Shown here piece after piece: positions 39,475 to 48,965 of a DNA stretch of 64,000 bases; within the stretch, counting starts at the first letter, position 1; every line of letters starts with the position of its first letter. The notes under the pieces are model-generated. The model saw only the letters and a program-made list of their open reading frames with translations. It had not been told where the DNA came from and did not search any database. A program made the position numbers and the translations under genes. Source of the stretch: Gemmatimonadota bacterium (lineage in GTDB: Bacteria > Gemmatimonadota > Gemmatimonadetes > Palauibacterales > KS3-K002); NCBI GenBank assembly GCA_039586795.1, contig JBDHJS010000002.1, forward strand, positions 96,001 through 160,000, written 5' to 3'.

Positions 39475-39951
39475 CTACTCGCCGATTGACATCAACTCCA
39501 CGTCGAAGATCAGCGTTGCCCGAGGCGGAATGACCGGCGGACGACCCGCTTCGCCGTAGGCGAGGTTGAACGGGATGATCAAGCGGCGCTGCTCGCCTAC
39601 CTGCATAGAGCCAACACCTTCATCCCAGCCGGGAATCACAGCGCCGACGCCGATGGGGATGGTGATCGGCTGTCCGCGATCGACGGAGCTGTCGAACTTC
39701 GTGCCGTCCGTGAGCCATCCCGTATAGTGCACGCTTACCTGCTGGCCGGTCTGCGGCGGCTCGCCGGACCCGGTGCAGATGACGATGTACTCCAAACCGG
39801 TCTCCGTTGTTATCGTCTCGCCGGCCAACTCTGGCGGACCGCCTTCAGTGCTCATCAAGTGTGCCTCCGGGTCGCAAGCGTTGTCAGGCTGGCCGGCGCA
39901 GCCGACCGCGAGGGACAGAGTCAGAATCGCGATTCCTGCTCTGGTCAACAT
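39475..39951 (-). CDS. FKBP-type peptidyl-prolyl isomerase (lipoprotein)
   Basis: Lipobox AVGC; VHYTGWL, FDSS, VIPGWDEG, LAYG, LIFDVEL. Confidence 0.93.
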   Translation of the reverse strand: MLTRAGIAILTLSLAVGCAGQPDNACDPEAHLMSTEGGPPELAGETITTETGLEYIVICTGSGEPPQTGQQVSVHYTGWLTDGTKFDSSVDRGQPITIPIGVGAVIPGWDEGVGSMQVGEQRRLIIPFNLAYGEAGRPPVIPPRATLIFDVELMSIGE

Positions 39952-40164
39952 CGTATGCTCCTGTCTTCGTCAGGCAGTGGGGCACGCCGGGCGCGCCTGG
40001 TAACTAGGAATCCAAGGGCAGAGAGTATCCGCCCGTGAGTGGCCCCGCAACCGGCGACAGCTGATCGGGACCGCCGGCCGCGGTGTTGGGGTAGCATTGA
40101 AACGACTCGCGAAGCATTGTACGGCACCACAGAATCGACCATCAGCCCCTTCAAAGGGATGATC

Positions 40165-42432
40165 ATGGATAAGACATCAGCCCGACTGGGGCTTCTTGCG
40201 CTTTTTGCGTTCGCACCGTCGGGGGCGTTGGCGCAGGAGGATGACATCGGCTGGCCACGCGAGTTCATGCATGACGAGTACACGATCGTGGTCTATCAGC
40301 CACAGCTGGAGACGTTCGACGGTGATCATTTAGTCGGCCGCGCGGCGTTCTCCGCCAATCGTGAGGGCGAAGAGCCGGGCTTCGGGGCGTTTTGGTTCGA
40401 CGCGCTTGTGGAGACGGATCGCGATGAGCGATTGGTCACGGTGGTGAACATCGATGTACCGCGGGTGCGCTTCGGCGAACTCACTGAGGAGCAGCGGTCC
40501 GTGGCGGCGGAGATCATCGCCGAGGAAACGACGAGCTGGCACATGGTGATCTCGCTGGATCGGATTCTGACGGGGATCGATCTGGCTGAGCGAGAACGCG
40601 TGGCTTCGGAGGGCCTGGCAACAGATCCGCCGCGAATCATCTTCGCGACGGAACCGACGATGCTGGTGATTCTGGATGGCAAGGCGATCCTCCACGACAT
40701 AGAGAACACGGACATGAAACGCGTGGTGAACACGCCGTTCACCATCGTCTACGATTCGCAAGGCCGGGAGTACTACCTGTATGCGGGAGAGGCCGCGTGG
40801 TTTGCCGCGATCGATGTGATGGGCCCGTGGGAGCTATCGGACCATACTCCTGAGAAAGTGCAGGCACTGATCCCTCCGGATACAGCGCAGGTGGAGGAGT
40901 CGCCCGAGGAGGAACCGGAAGAGCCCGTCGACATCGAGGACGTGAAGATCGTGGTTGCGACGGAACCGACGGAGCTGATCCAGACGGATGGCTCTCCGCA
41001 GTATGGATCGCTAACCGACACCGATCTGCTTTATGTATCGAACACCGAGAGCGATGTGTTCGTCGATATCGAATCGCAGCTCTTCTACATCGTGTTAGCC
41101 GGGCGCTGGTATTCGGCTGGCGATCTCGAGGGCCCATGGACCTACGTACCCTCCGATTCGCTGCCGGACGATTTCCAGAAGATCCCGCCGGACTCGGATC
41201 GCGGCAGCGTGCTGGTGTACGTGGCGGGCACGGAGCAGGCAAACGACGCGGTGCTCGACAACTCGATTCCGCAGACGTCGGCGGTGAAGAGAGACGCGGC
41301 GCTGGAAGTGACCTACGATGGCGACCCCAAGTTCGAGGCGATCGAAGGCACGGAGATGAGCTACGCGGTCAACACCGAGTTCCAGGTGTTGGAGATCGAC
41401 GGCAGATACTACGCTTGTTACGAAGCGGTCTGGTACGAGTCGGACAGCCCGCAGGGTACGTTTACCGTCGCGACGGATGTGCCGGACGACATCCAGGAGA
41501 TCCCACCGGAGAACCCGAACTACAACGTCAAGTACGTCTATGTCTATGACTCGACGCCGGAAGTTGTCTACGTCGGGTACACGCCGGGCTACACGTGGAG
41601 TTACGTGTACGGCCCGACCGTCGTCTACGGAACCGGGTGGTGGTACCGTCCCTGGATCAGCCCGTTCTTCTTCTACCCGCGACCGATGACGTGGGGCTTT
41701 CGCATCACGTACAACCCGTGGTGGGGATGGAGCATGGGCTTCGGGTTCAGGACCGGTCCGTTCTTCTTCGGGTTTCGCTGGGGTCCAACGATGTGGCGCC
41801 GACCGGTCGGCTGGTGGGGCCCGGCGGGTTTCCGGCACGGTTATCACCGCGGCTTTCACCGAGGCTACGGCGCCGGGTTCCGAGCGGGCTACCAGGCAGG
41901 TCAGCGGTCGGCCCGCAACTCCAACATCTACGGCCGCCAGCGGAACGCGTCGCGCAATGTAGATCGGGCGACGGCGCGGGCGAACATGAACCAGAGACAG
42001 GGGCGTCAAGGGACGGCCCGCACTCAGCAGCAGAGGGCCGGCGCGGGTACGGGAAGCCGCCAGCAGCCGCAGCGCGCTCAAGGGCGCGATAACAATGTGT
42101 ATACGGGCCGCAACGGTGACGTCTACCGTCGCAACTCTGACGGCAGTTGGCAGATGCGCGATCAGCAGAACTGGCGGGGCGCCGATCGCTCGCAGGTTGA
42201 AGGCCGAGGCCAGGGCGGGGATCGAGCGGGCGCCGGGGCGGGCAATCGGGCGGGTCAGCAGCCGTCGACCCGGCAGGGATCGACAGGCTACAACCAGAAC
42301 AGGACGACGAACCGTAGCGGCAATCTCAACCGCGAGTATCAGAATCGAAATCGTGGGACGTCGCGGACGCAGAGCTATAATCGGAGCCGGAGTAGTGCTA
42401 GTCGCAGCCGAGGCGGTGGGAGGAGGCGGTAG
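40165..42432 (+). CDS. Hypothetical secreted protein with W/Y/G-rich segment and R/Q/N/G low-complexity tail
   Basis: Signal peptide (ALA-Q); acidic core; YVGYTPGY..VYGTGW; basic disordered C-terminus. Confidence 0.75.
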   Translation: MDKTSARLGLLALFAFAPSGALAQEDDIGWPREFMHDEYTIVVYQPQLETFDGDHLVGRAAFSANREGEEPGFGAFWFDALVETDRDERLVTVVNIDVPRVRFGELTEEQRSVAAEIIAEETTSWHMVISLDRILTGIDLAERERVASEGLATDPPRIIFATEPTMLVILDGKAILHDIENTDMKRVVNTPFTIVYDSQGREYYLYAGEAAWFAAIDVMGPWELSDHTPEKVQALIPPDTAQVEESPEEEPEEPVDIEDVKIVVATEPTELIQTDGSPQYGSLTDTDLLYVSNTESDVFVDIESQLFYIVLAGRWYSAGDLEGPWTYVPSDSLPDDFQKIPPDSDRGSVLVYVAGTEQANDAVLDNSIPQTSAVKRDAALEVTYDGDPKFEAIEGTEMSYAVNTEFQVLEIDGRYYACYEAVWYESDSPQGTFTVATDVPDDIQEIPPENPNYNVKYVYVYDSTPEVVYVGYTPGYTWSYVYGPTVVYGTGWWYRPWISPFFFYPRPMTWGFRITYNPWWGWSMGFGFRTGPFFFGFRWGPTMWRRPVGWWGPAGFRHGYHRGFHRGYGAGFRAGYQAGQRSARNSNIYGRQRNASRNVDRATARANMNQRQGRQGTARTQQQRAGAGTGSRQQPQRAQGRDNNVYTGRNGDVYRRNSDGSWQMRDQQNWRGADRSQVEGRGQGGDRAGAGAGNRAGQQPSTRQGSTGYNQNRTTNRSGNLNREYQNRNRGTSRTQSYNRSRSSASRSRGGGRRR

Positions 42433-42514
42433 GTCGTGGGTGGTAGGTGGTAGATGGTAGGTGGTGGGTCGTAAGCGAACCGTAGTTAGTGTCGCGTACC
42501 ACCTACCACTTACC
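42428..42514. repeat. Inverted heptamer tandem-repeat element (GGTAGGT)n ... (ACCTACC)n
   Basis: Seven units at 42428-42476 and three complementary units at 42494-42514. Confidence 0.8.
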
Positions 42515-43291
42515 CCGTTTCCTCTCCTTCGCGGGCAACACCTCGTTGCACGTCGTCCACCATCCCGTTCGGATCGTCTCGATAAACTCGTCGGGCAGGC
42601 CTTCGTCGGACATCTCTCCGGCCAGCGTCTCGTAGTCGTAGGAGACGGGCATGAGTTCGACTGCGGGGCCATTCTCGTCGGACGAGATGATCGCGTACCA
42701 GACCTCGGTGCGGCCATCGTTTGCGGGTCGGCCGATGGCGCCGACGTTGACGAACAGGCGTCCACCTGGTAGCTGACGGCTCCATGGGATGCCGGTGTGA
42801 GTGCACAGTATGATGTCGGCGTCGAAATCGCGGCAGAGCTTCTCGAGGAAATGAGTTGGCGTCGTCGTCTGCCAAAGAAACTCGTTCATGCGTCGCGGAC
42901 TGCCGTGGCACATGAGCACGCGCCGTCCGTCCATCTCGATTCGCAGATTCTCAGGTAGCTCGTCCATCCACTCGCGCCACCTTGTACTGGTATTCTCGAA
43001 CGTGTAGCGATAGGAGATGCGTGCGAAGTGGTTGTCTCGGGGATCGGTATAGCCGCACTGGCAGTCGTCCAGCCCGCGAGCTATCGAGTCGTCGTAGTTG
43101 CCACGTATCGTTTGGACTTCATTGTCGACCAGGAGGGGAAAGACGCGGTCGGGATGGGGACCGAATGCGCCGAGGTCGCCAAGACAGAAGAGATTCCTCG
43201 CGCCGCGGCTACGGGCATCGGCGATCACCGCCTGCAGTGCAAGGTAGTTCGAGTAGACGCCACCGAAGACAGCAATTGGGCCAACACTCAT
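42503..43291 (-). CDS. Calcineurin-like metallophosphoesterase family protein with degenerate motifs
   Basis: LGDL, RGNYD, CHGSP, CTHTG, NVGAIG; extra CQC and WWTTC. Confidence 0.8.
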   Translation of the reverse strand: MSVGPIAVFGGVYSNYLALQAVIADARSRGARNLFCLGDLGAFGPHPDRVFPLLVDNEVQTIRGNYDDSIARGLDDCQCGYTDPRDNHFARISYRYTFENTSTRWREWMDELPENLRIEMDGRRVLMCHGSPRRMNEFLWQTTTPTHFLEKLCRDFDADIILCTHTGIPWSRQLPGGRLFVNVGAIGRPANDGRTEVWYAIISSDENGPAVELMPVSYDYETLAGEMSDEGLPDEFIETIRTGWWTTCNEVLPAKERKRGKW

Positions 43292-44196
43292 CGCTCTTCA
43301 CCAATCCCGGCCGCGTTGGTGCAGATCGCTCCGTGCGCCCAGCAGGTGTAGCAGGCCGAATGGCGCAGCGGGAAGGGTCGGTCCGCCTCATCTAGGGTCT
43401 GACCGAGATTCGCGTCATCCGCGTCGAGTAGTATCGGGCAAACGTAGATTCCACGATTCGTCACGACACGGCCGGAGGAGCAGAGGAGTGTTCCGACATC
43501 GAAGCCACACATCATCTCGTCTGTTACAATCTCGACATCCGCGTAACCTCGCGATCTGACGGCCTCTCGTCCTAGATAGATAGACGGGAGGATCTTGACG
43601 CGCGGACGTTCATAGCCAACGGCGCGCAGCGCTTCGAAGAACTGTCCGAGCACCCGGTCGTTCTCAGCATGCTCCCATACTTGAGCCGCGGTAATGATCG
43701 GTAGGAAGCCATGCGCGACGAGCTTTCTTACTCCTTCCATCGCTCGCGCGAACGTACCGGCGCCCCTGATCGGGTCGTTTGTCTCCGGAGTTGGCCCATC
43801 CAGGCTGACCCTGAGTTCGAGAGAGTAGGGTGAGCCGGCATCGATCTCAGCCAGGCGACGAACCGTTCTATCGGGCAGCAGCGTGGCGTTGGTCAGCACG
43901 CTGCCAGGGCCAATCGCCAGCGTCTCCTGGAGCATCGGCAGCAGCTGCTTGTGCATGAAGGGCTCGCCGCCGGTGAAGTAGTACTCTTTCACACCCCACG
44001 CTCTGGACTGCTCCAGGTAATCGCGGACCGTATCCAGCTCCAGAAACCAGAAGCTGTGGTTGCGTGGCGCGCAGGAAATGAAGCAGTGAGTGCACTGCAG
44101 ATTACAGACGGTGCCGGCCACCTGGAACCAGAGATAGTCCAGGCTGGCGAGTGGCACGTCGGGGACGCGTCGGGTTACGGTCTCGATCGCTTGCAT
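43288..44196 (-). CDS. Radical SAM enzyme
   Basis: CNLQCTHC, FTGGEP, LTNA, RVSLDG; C-terminal C..CP..CYTC..C. Confidence 0.9.
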   Translation of the reverse strand: MQAIETVTRRVPDVPLASLDYLWFQVAGTVCNLQCTHCFISCAPRNHSFWFLELDTVRDYLEQSRAWGVKEYYFTGGEPFMHKQLLPMLQETLAIGPGSVLTNATLLPDRTVRRLAEIDAGSPYSLELRVSLDGPTPETNDPIRGAGTFARAMEGVRKLVAHGFLPIITAAQVWEHAENDRVLGQFFEALRAVGYERPRVKILPSIYLGREAVRSRGYADVEIVTDEMMCGFDVGTLLCSSGRVVTNRGIYVCPILLDADDANLGQTLDEADRPFPLRHSACYTCWAHGAICTNAAGIGEER

Positions 44197-44382
44197 GTCG
44201 TTTCTGCGAACGTGAGGCCGGGAGGCGCAGTTCCGCAATACCTGTCCGCGGTGAGGGCGCGTAACGCCAGCCGCTGGTGTGGAGCCGGCTGCGATTGATC
44301 CGCGGGGTAAGGTGGATTATCATGGACAGTTGCGGGGCCCGGGGCTAGTTTGTGGGCCCGATCGTTGACGGGCGGAGGCTCA

Positions 44383-45123
44383 ATGAAGTGGACACACGCG
44401 GGTAGAAGCGACGTCGGAAAAGTCCGGCAAGGGAATGAAGACTCCCTCTTCGCGAGCGAGGAGAAGGGGGTCTTTGTTGTGGCGGACGGGATGGGCGGCC
44501 ACGTGGCCGGGGAGGTGGCCAGCCAGATCGTCGCTGAGACCGTAGGCCCGGGCGTGTGCGAGGCGGTGGATCGGGGCTTGCGAGGTGCCGAGCTCGAGAG
44601 CCGGATGCTGGACCTGATCGAGGAAGCCAATCAGGCGATACTCAAGCGAGCCGACGAGGAGCCCGACAAACGGGGGATGGGGACGACCCTGACGCTTCTG
44701 GCGCTGGTTCCGGAAGGTGAATACGTGATCCATCAGGTGGGTGACAGTCGGGGCTACCTGCTGCGGAACGGCTCCCTGAGCCAGATCACCCGGGATCACA
44801 CGGTCGTCCAGCAGCAGGTCGATCGAGGCGCTCTCACGCCCGAGCAGGCCCGTGAGCACCCGCTATCCCACATCCTGACGCGGGCCCTGGGCACGGAGCC
44901 AAACGTGGACGCCGACACGTACGGCTCGAGCTACGAGCCTGGCGATACGTTCCTCTTGTGCTCGGACGGATTGAGCGGGATGGTCCCGGATGATGATCTT
45001 GAGCAGATACTCAAGACATCGGGTGACGACTTGCAGGTCGCGGCTGACGCGCTGATCGAAGCCGCCAACGCGGCCGGCGGGATGGACAACATCACGGCCA
45101 TTATTGTGAGAGTCGAAGAATAG
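44383..45123 (+). CDS. PP2C-type Ser/Thr protein phosphatase (Stp1/PrpC-like)
   Basis: RQGNED, VADGMGGH, GMGTT, VGDSR, CSDGL, GGMDNIT. Confidence 0.95.
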   Translation: MKWTHAGRSDVGKVRQGNEDSLFASEEKGVFVVADGMGGHVAGEVASQIVAETVGPGVCEAVDRGLRGAELESRMLDLIEEANQAILKRADEEPDKRGMGTTLTLLALVPEGEYVIHQVGDSRGYLLRNGSLSQITRDHTVVQQQVDRGALTPEQAREHPLSHILTRALGTEPNVDADTYGSSYEPGDTFLLCSDGLSGMVPDDDLEQILKTSGDDLQVAADALIEAANAAGGMDNITAIIVRVEE

Positions 45124-45145
45124 GGCCCTGGTGCTGATCGAAGTC

Positions 45146-45174
45146 GAGGAGCGGAGTATCGCTCCTCTTTTTTT
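45146..45174 (+). terminator. Intrinsic terminator
   Basis: GAGGAGCG-GAGTAT-CGCTCCTC-TTTTTTT. Confidence 0.85.
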
Positions 45175-45195
45175 GGGGGGCGTGCAGTCTGCCTG

Positions 45196-46515
45196 TCAGG
45201 ATCCTATCAGATTCTCGATTTCTTCCTGAGGAGCGGTTACCAACTCCAGAACCCTTTCCGGCTCCGGCATAGTAACACGTGGCCAGCAGAAGACGCGGAG
45301 CACGCGGGCTGTATGGTAGAGGTCGCGGCCCATGCGGGGCAGGTCGATCAGGCCGGCGCGCCCGGCTGAGGTGAGCCTCTGAACCGAGCCGTCTCTAGCC
45401 AGCATCAGTATATCCAGTTCCAGCATCCTGGCCTTGGCCGGGTAGTCGAGGAACAGCGAGCCGGGCTCGAGGCCGAACTCGACCGCCAGGTGATCCTCGA
45501 GCGCCGACCGTAGATCGGGCCGTTCGTGCAGCCAGGGTGCTACTTCGCGGCCGAGTCGGCCCAGAGCCTCGGCGAGGCTGTCACCGGACCATTCGGCTGC
45601 CCGTTTCGGCAGGCGGCGATTGCGGATCGCCGGCAACAGCCGTTCGCGCGCCCGTCGTGCGCTCTCGGAGTCGCTGGCCAGAGCCAGATTGCCTAGCGTG
45701 TCGATCAGCTCTTCATCGCCCTTCCCTACAACATGGTCGCGTACGGCCCAGCCGCCGGAAAGCGCTTCGCGAATCAATCGCTGGAACACGACGGAAGCCG
45801 CGCGGACGGCGTGATGCCAGTAGACGTTGCGAAACATCTGGTACTTGGCGAACAACAGAGACTCGAGTGCGGCGATACCGCGGACGGCGACCCCCAACTC
45901 GCGCCGCCCGGTTTCCGGATCGTCGAGCAGCAGCAATGAATCGAGTAACCGATCCACGTCGACCCTGCCGTAGGGGACGCCGCAGAAATGTGCGTCCCGG
46001 GTCAGATACTCGATCTTGTCCAGATCGAGTGATCCGGAGACCAGCCCCTGGAGCGGGCTCTCGGCGCGCCCCTGAATCAGCTGGTGAATCTCATCCGCCG
46101 CGCTCGACCCAAGCGACGCGAGCGCCTTAGCCACTTCCGGGTCGCCCAGGAATTGGCCAGCCTGCTGCTCATGATCGTCCGGTACCAACCCCGTCTCCAG
46201 CTCTTCCATAGTGTGGCTGAACGGGTAGTGGCCAATATCGTGGAGGAGCCCGGCGAGTCGCAGAATCGAAGACTCGCGATCGGTCAGCCGGCCAAGCTCA
46301 CTCTGGTCTGCCAGCTGGCGGAGGGCGCGCCCCGTCAGGTGGTAAACTCCCAGGGCGTGATCGAAGCGTGTGTGCACAGCGCCCGGGTAGACTAGATAGG
46401 CCAGGCCGAGCTGTTTGACACGTCGCAGTCTCTGAAAGGCGGGCGTGTCGATGAGCTGGAGCGCTGGAGGCTCGATCCAGATGTTGGACCAGATCGGATC
46501 GCGGATTACGGTCAT
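45196..46515 (-). CDS. HD-domain phosphohydrolase (SAMHD1/dNTPase-like)
   Basis: IRDP, FQRLRRVKQLG, HTRFDHALG, LHDIGHYPFSH, DKIEYL.RD, VYWH. Confidence 0.9.
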   Translation of the reverse strand: MTVIRDPIWSNIWIEPPALQLIDTPAFQRLRRVKQLGLAYLVYPGAVHTRFDHALGVYHLTGRALRQLADQSELGRLTDRESSILRLAGLLHDIGHYPFSHTMEELETGLVPDDHEQQAGQFLGDPEVAKALASLGSSAADEIHQLIQGRAESPLQGLVSGSLDLDKIEYLTRDAHFCGVPYGRVDVDRLLDSLLLLDDPETGRRELGVAVRGIAALESLLFAKYQMFRNVYWHHAVRAASVVFQRLIREALSGGWAVRDHVVGKGDEELIDTLGNLALASDSESARRARERLLPAIRNRRLPKRAAEWSGDSLAEALGRLGREVAPWLHERPDLRSALEDHLAVEFGLEPGSLFLDYPAKARMLELDILMLARDGSVQRLTSAGRAGLIDLPRMGRDLYHTARVLRVFCWPRVTMPEPERVLELVTAPQEEIENLIGS

Positions 46516-46602
46516 GGCCCTAATCTGAATACCGCGGCAGCGGCTGCAAGAAGGTCGCGTGTCTAGGCGAAATCGGGCCGTGGTCCTAGATCGAGGTTCG
46601 CT

Positions 46603-46857
46603 TTAGTGGAGCGCCTGATACTTCGCCAGCAGCTGTTCCTCTGACTCCGGGTACTCCGGGTTCGGGACGATGCAATCGACGGGGCACACCTCTATGCACT
46701 GAGGCTCCTCATGTGCGCCGACGCATTCGGTGCAGCGCTCACCGTCGATCCAATAGACCGGCACGTCGGTGGCGGCGCCCTCGTTTATCGCCTCGTTTGG
46801 GCAGACGGTTAGACAGGCTCCGCAGTCGATGCAGTCGTCGGTGATCATCATCGCCAT
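46603..46857 (-). CDS. 2x[4Fe-4S] ferredoxin (YfhL-like)
   Basis: CIDCGACLTVCP and CTECVG...CIEVCPVDC; RBS GGAGG. Confidence 0.92.
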   Translation of the reverse strand: MAMMITDDCIDCGACLTVCPNEAINEGAATDVPVYWIDGERCTECVGAHEEPQCIEVCPVDCIVPNPEYPESEEQLLAKYQALH

Positions 46858-46975
46858 GTTCAAAGACCTCCGGTCCTATGATCCAAGGCTTATCCTCGCT
46901 GTGTATAGTGCGAGATCGAAGCTAGGCCAAGAGTATCGGGCCGACCCCGACCTCGCGCTGGTATACCCGACGCAC

Positions 46976-48703
46976 CTACCAGGCGGGAGCCTCGTAGCGA
47001 ATCGGGCGATATTCCGGGAACCACATCGCTCTCTCGACAGCCGCTTCCAGGTCCTCAAGGGCCTCGGGTTTGGCGTGGCCCTCTTCGACAGCTCGCCGGA
47101 TTACCGCGCATGCGACGGAGTGAGAGCACTCACGAATGCGCGTGAGCTGCGGATAGACCGCCACCTCTGCGAGATCCGTCTCGGTCACTTCGTTCGCAAG
47201 CGCCTTCGCCGCGGCGAGGAACATCCCGTCCGTTACCCTTTGTGCCTTGGCAACCCAGACGCCGAGGCCGACACCGGGGAAGATGAAGGCGTTGTTGCCC
47301 TGGCCGATCCGAAACCGCTTGCCGTTGTGCTCGACGGGGTTGAACGGACTGCCCGTGGCAACAATTGCTCTTCCGTCGGACCACTGGATGGCCTGTTCGG
47401 CGGTGCACTCGCTCTTGCTGGTCGGATTGGAGAGCGGGAATACGATGGGCCGCTCGTTGAATTGCGCCATAGCCTTGACCACGGGCTCGGTGAACATGCC
47501 GGGGGTGCCGGAAGTGCCGATCAGGATCGTCGGTTTCGCGTTGACGACCGTCTCCTCGAGGGTGATCTGGGAGCGGTCCGCGCACGCGTACGTCTCGACT
47601 TCAGAGATGTCGCGCGCATACGTCGCCTTGAAGTCTTCCAGTCCCTGGCGCGCCTTGGTGACGAGCCCGCGGCTGTCCACGGTCCAGATGCGGCTCCGAG
47701 CTTCCTCGAGACTCAGCCCTTCCTCCAGCATGGATGAGACCAGCAGGTCGGAGATTCCCTGCGCTGACGCGCCGGCGCCGGCGAACAGAATCCGCTGGTC
47801 GCGCATCGCCTGGCCAGTGATGCGTAGGCCGCTGTAGACGCCAGCCACGACGACGCCGGCCGTGCCCTGTATGTCGTCGTTGAACGTGCAGAGCTGGTCG
47901 CGGAAGCGATTCAGCTGTAAGATCGCGTTTCCTTTCAGGAAGTCCTCCCACTGCAGCAAGGCGTCCGGATAGACCGTCTGGACCGCCGCCACGAATCTGT
48001 CGATGAAGCTCTGATACTCTTCGCCTCGAATCCGCTCATGTCGGAGGCCTACGTACAGGGGGTCGTTCAGGCGATCCTCGTTGTCCGTGCCGACGTCCAG
48101 CATGATCGGCAGGGTGAGATGCGGCGGTATACCTGCGCATAGCGTGTAGAGGCAGAGCTTTCCGATCGGAATCCCCATTCCGCCAGCGCCCTGGTCGCCG
48201 AGCCCGAGGATCCGCTCGCCGTCGGTCACAACGATGACGGCAGGCGGTCGCGGGTGGTTCGCCAGCGCCGACTCGATGTCGTCACGCTGGTCGTAGTTGA
48301 TGTAGAGCCCGCGGCCGCGTCGCCAGATCTGCGAGAAATTCTGGCAAGCTTCACCGACGACGGGAGTGTACACGATGGGCATCATCTCATCGATGTACTC
48401 GTGAAGCAGACGGAAGAAGAGCGTCTCGTTGCGATCCTGGAGGCTGGCCAGGTGGATGAACCGCTCAAGGTCGGTCGACTTCGCTTTGAAGTTCCCGTAG
48501 ACGCGCGTGAGCTGCTCTTGAATCGTGAAGACTGCGGGCGGCACGAGCCCGTGGAGCCGTAACGATTCTCGCTCTTCGGGTGTGAACCCCGTACCCTTGT
48601 TTGTGAACGGGTTAAGCAGGACGGGTCGGCCCTGATGGTGGACCGCGATGTATTCCTCGCCCGTTCGCGGATCCGTACTCACAGACCACATCATTGCCTC
48701 CAT
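46976..48703 (-). CDS. maeA: NAD-dependent malic enzyme (large MaeA/SfcA type)
   Basis: [49 protein letters not shown]. Confidence 0.93.
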   Translation of the reverse strand: MEAMMWSVSTDPRTGEEYIAVHHQGRPVLLNPFTNKGTGFTPEERESLRLHGLVPPAVFTIQEQLTRVYGNFKAKSTDLERFIHLASLQDRNETLFFRLLHEYIDEMMPIVYTPVVGEACQNFSQIWRRGRGLYINYDQRDDIESALANHPRPPAVIVVTDGERILGLGDQGAGGMGIPIGKLCLYTLCAGIPPHLTLPIMLDVGTDNEDRLNDPLYVGLRHERIRGEEYQSFIDRFVAAVQTVYPDALLQWEDFLKGNAILQLNRFRDQLCTFNDDIQGTAGVVVAGVYSGLRITGQAMRDQRILFAGAGASAQGISDLLVSSMLEEGLSLEEARSRIWTVDSRGLVTKARQGLEDFKATYARDISEVETYACADRSQITLEETVVNAKPTILIGTSGTPGMFTEPVVKAMAQFNERPIVFPLSNPTSKSECTAEQAIQWSDGRAIVATGSPFNPVEHNGKRFRIGQGNNAFIFPGVGLGVWVAKAQRVTDGMFLAAAKALANEVTETDLAEVAVYPQLTRIRECSHSVACAVIRRAVEEGHAKPEALEDLEAAVERAMWFPEYRPIRYEAPAW

Positions 48704-48868
48704 GTAAACCTGCCGTAGCGCGTCAGCCGCGGCAGAGTGGAGCTATAAGTCAATTTCCGATACTCCAGGAGGGCAACGGCCCAGCCTGTCCCACTGTGTC
48801 CCAATAAGGAGTGTACAGAACTCTCAGGGCATAGTGGTAGGGTCTAAGGCGCAAAAAGTGTTCCCTGG

Positions 48869-48965
48869 GGGATTCTGGGATTCAGGGCTTACGAGAGTCG
48901 GGGCTTCGGGGTTAGCGGCTTGTGCCGAAGCCCCGAAGCCCCGAACCACCGAATCTCGTAATCCC
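48869..48965. repeat. Inverted octamer tandem-repeat element (GGGMTTCN)n ... (CCGAAGCC)n
   Basis: About six 8-nt units at 48869-48915 and five complementary units at 48925-48965, abutting the oadB stop. Confidence 0.8.

Noticed and set aside
41095..42765. Long alternative ORFs (556 aa here; also 22724-24466, 16058-17254, 13024-14088)
   Set aside because: They are antisense or off-frame shadows of well-supported genes in high-GC DNA, with R/P/A-rich composition and no motifs.
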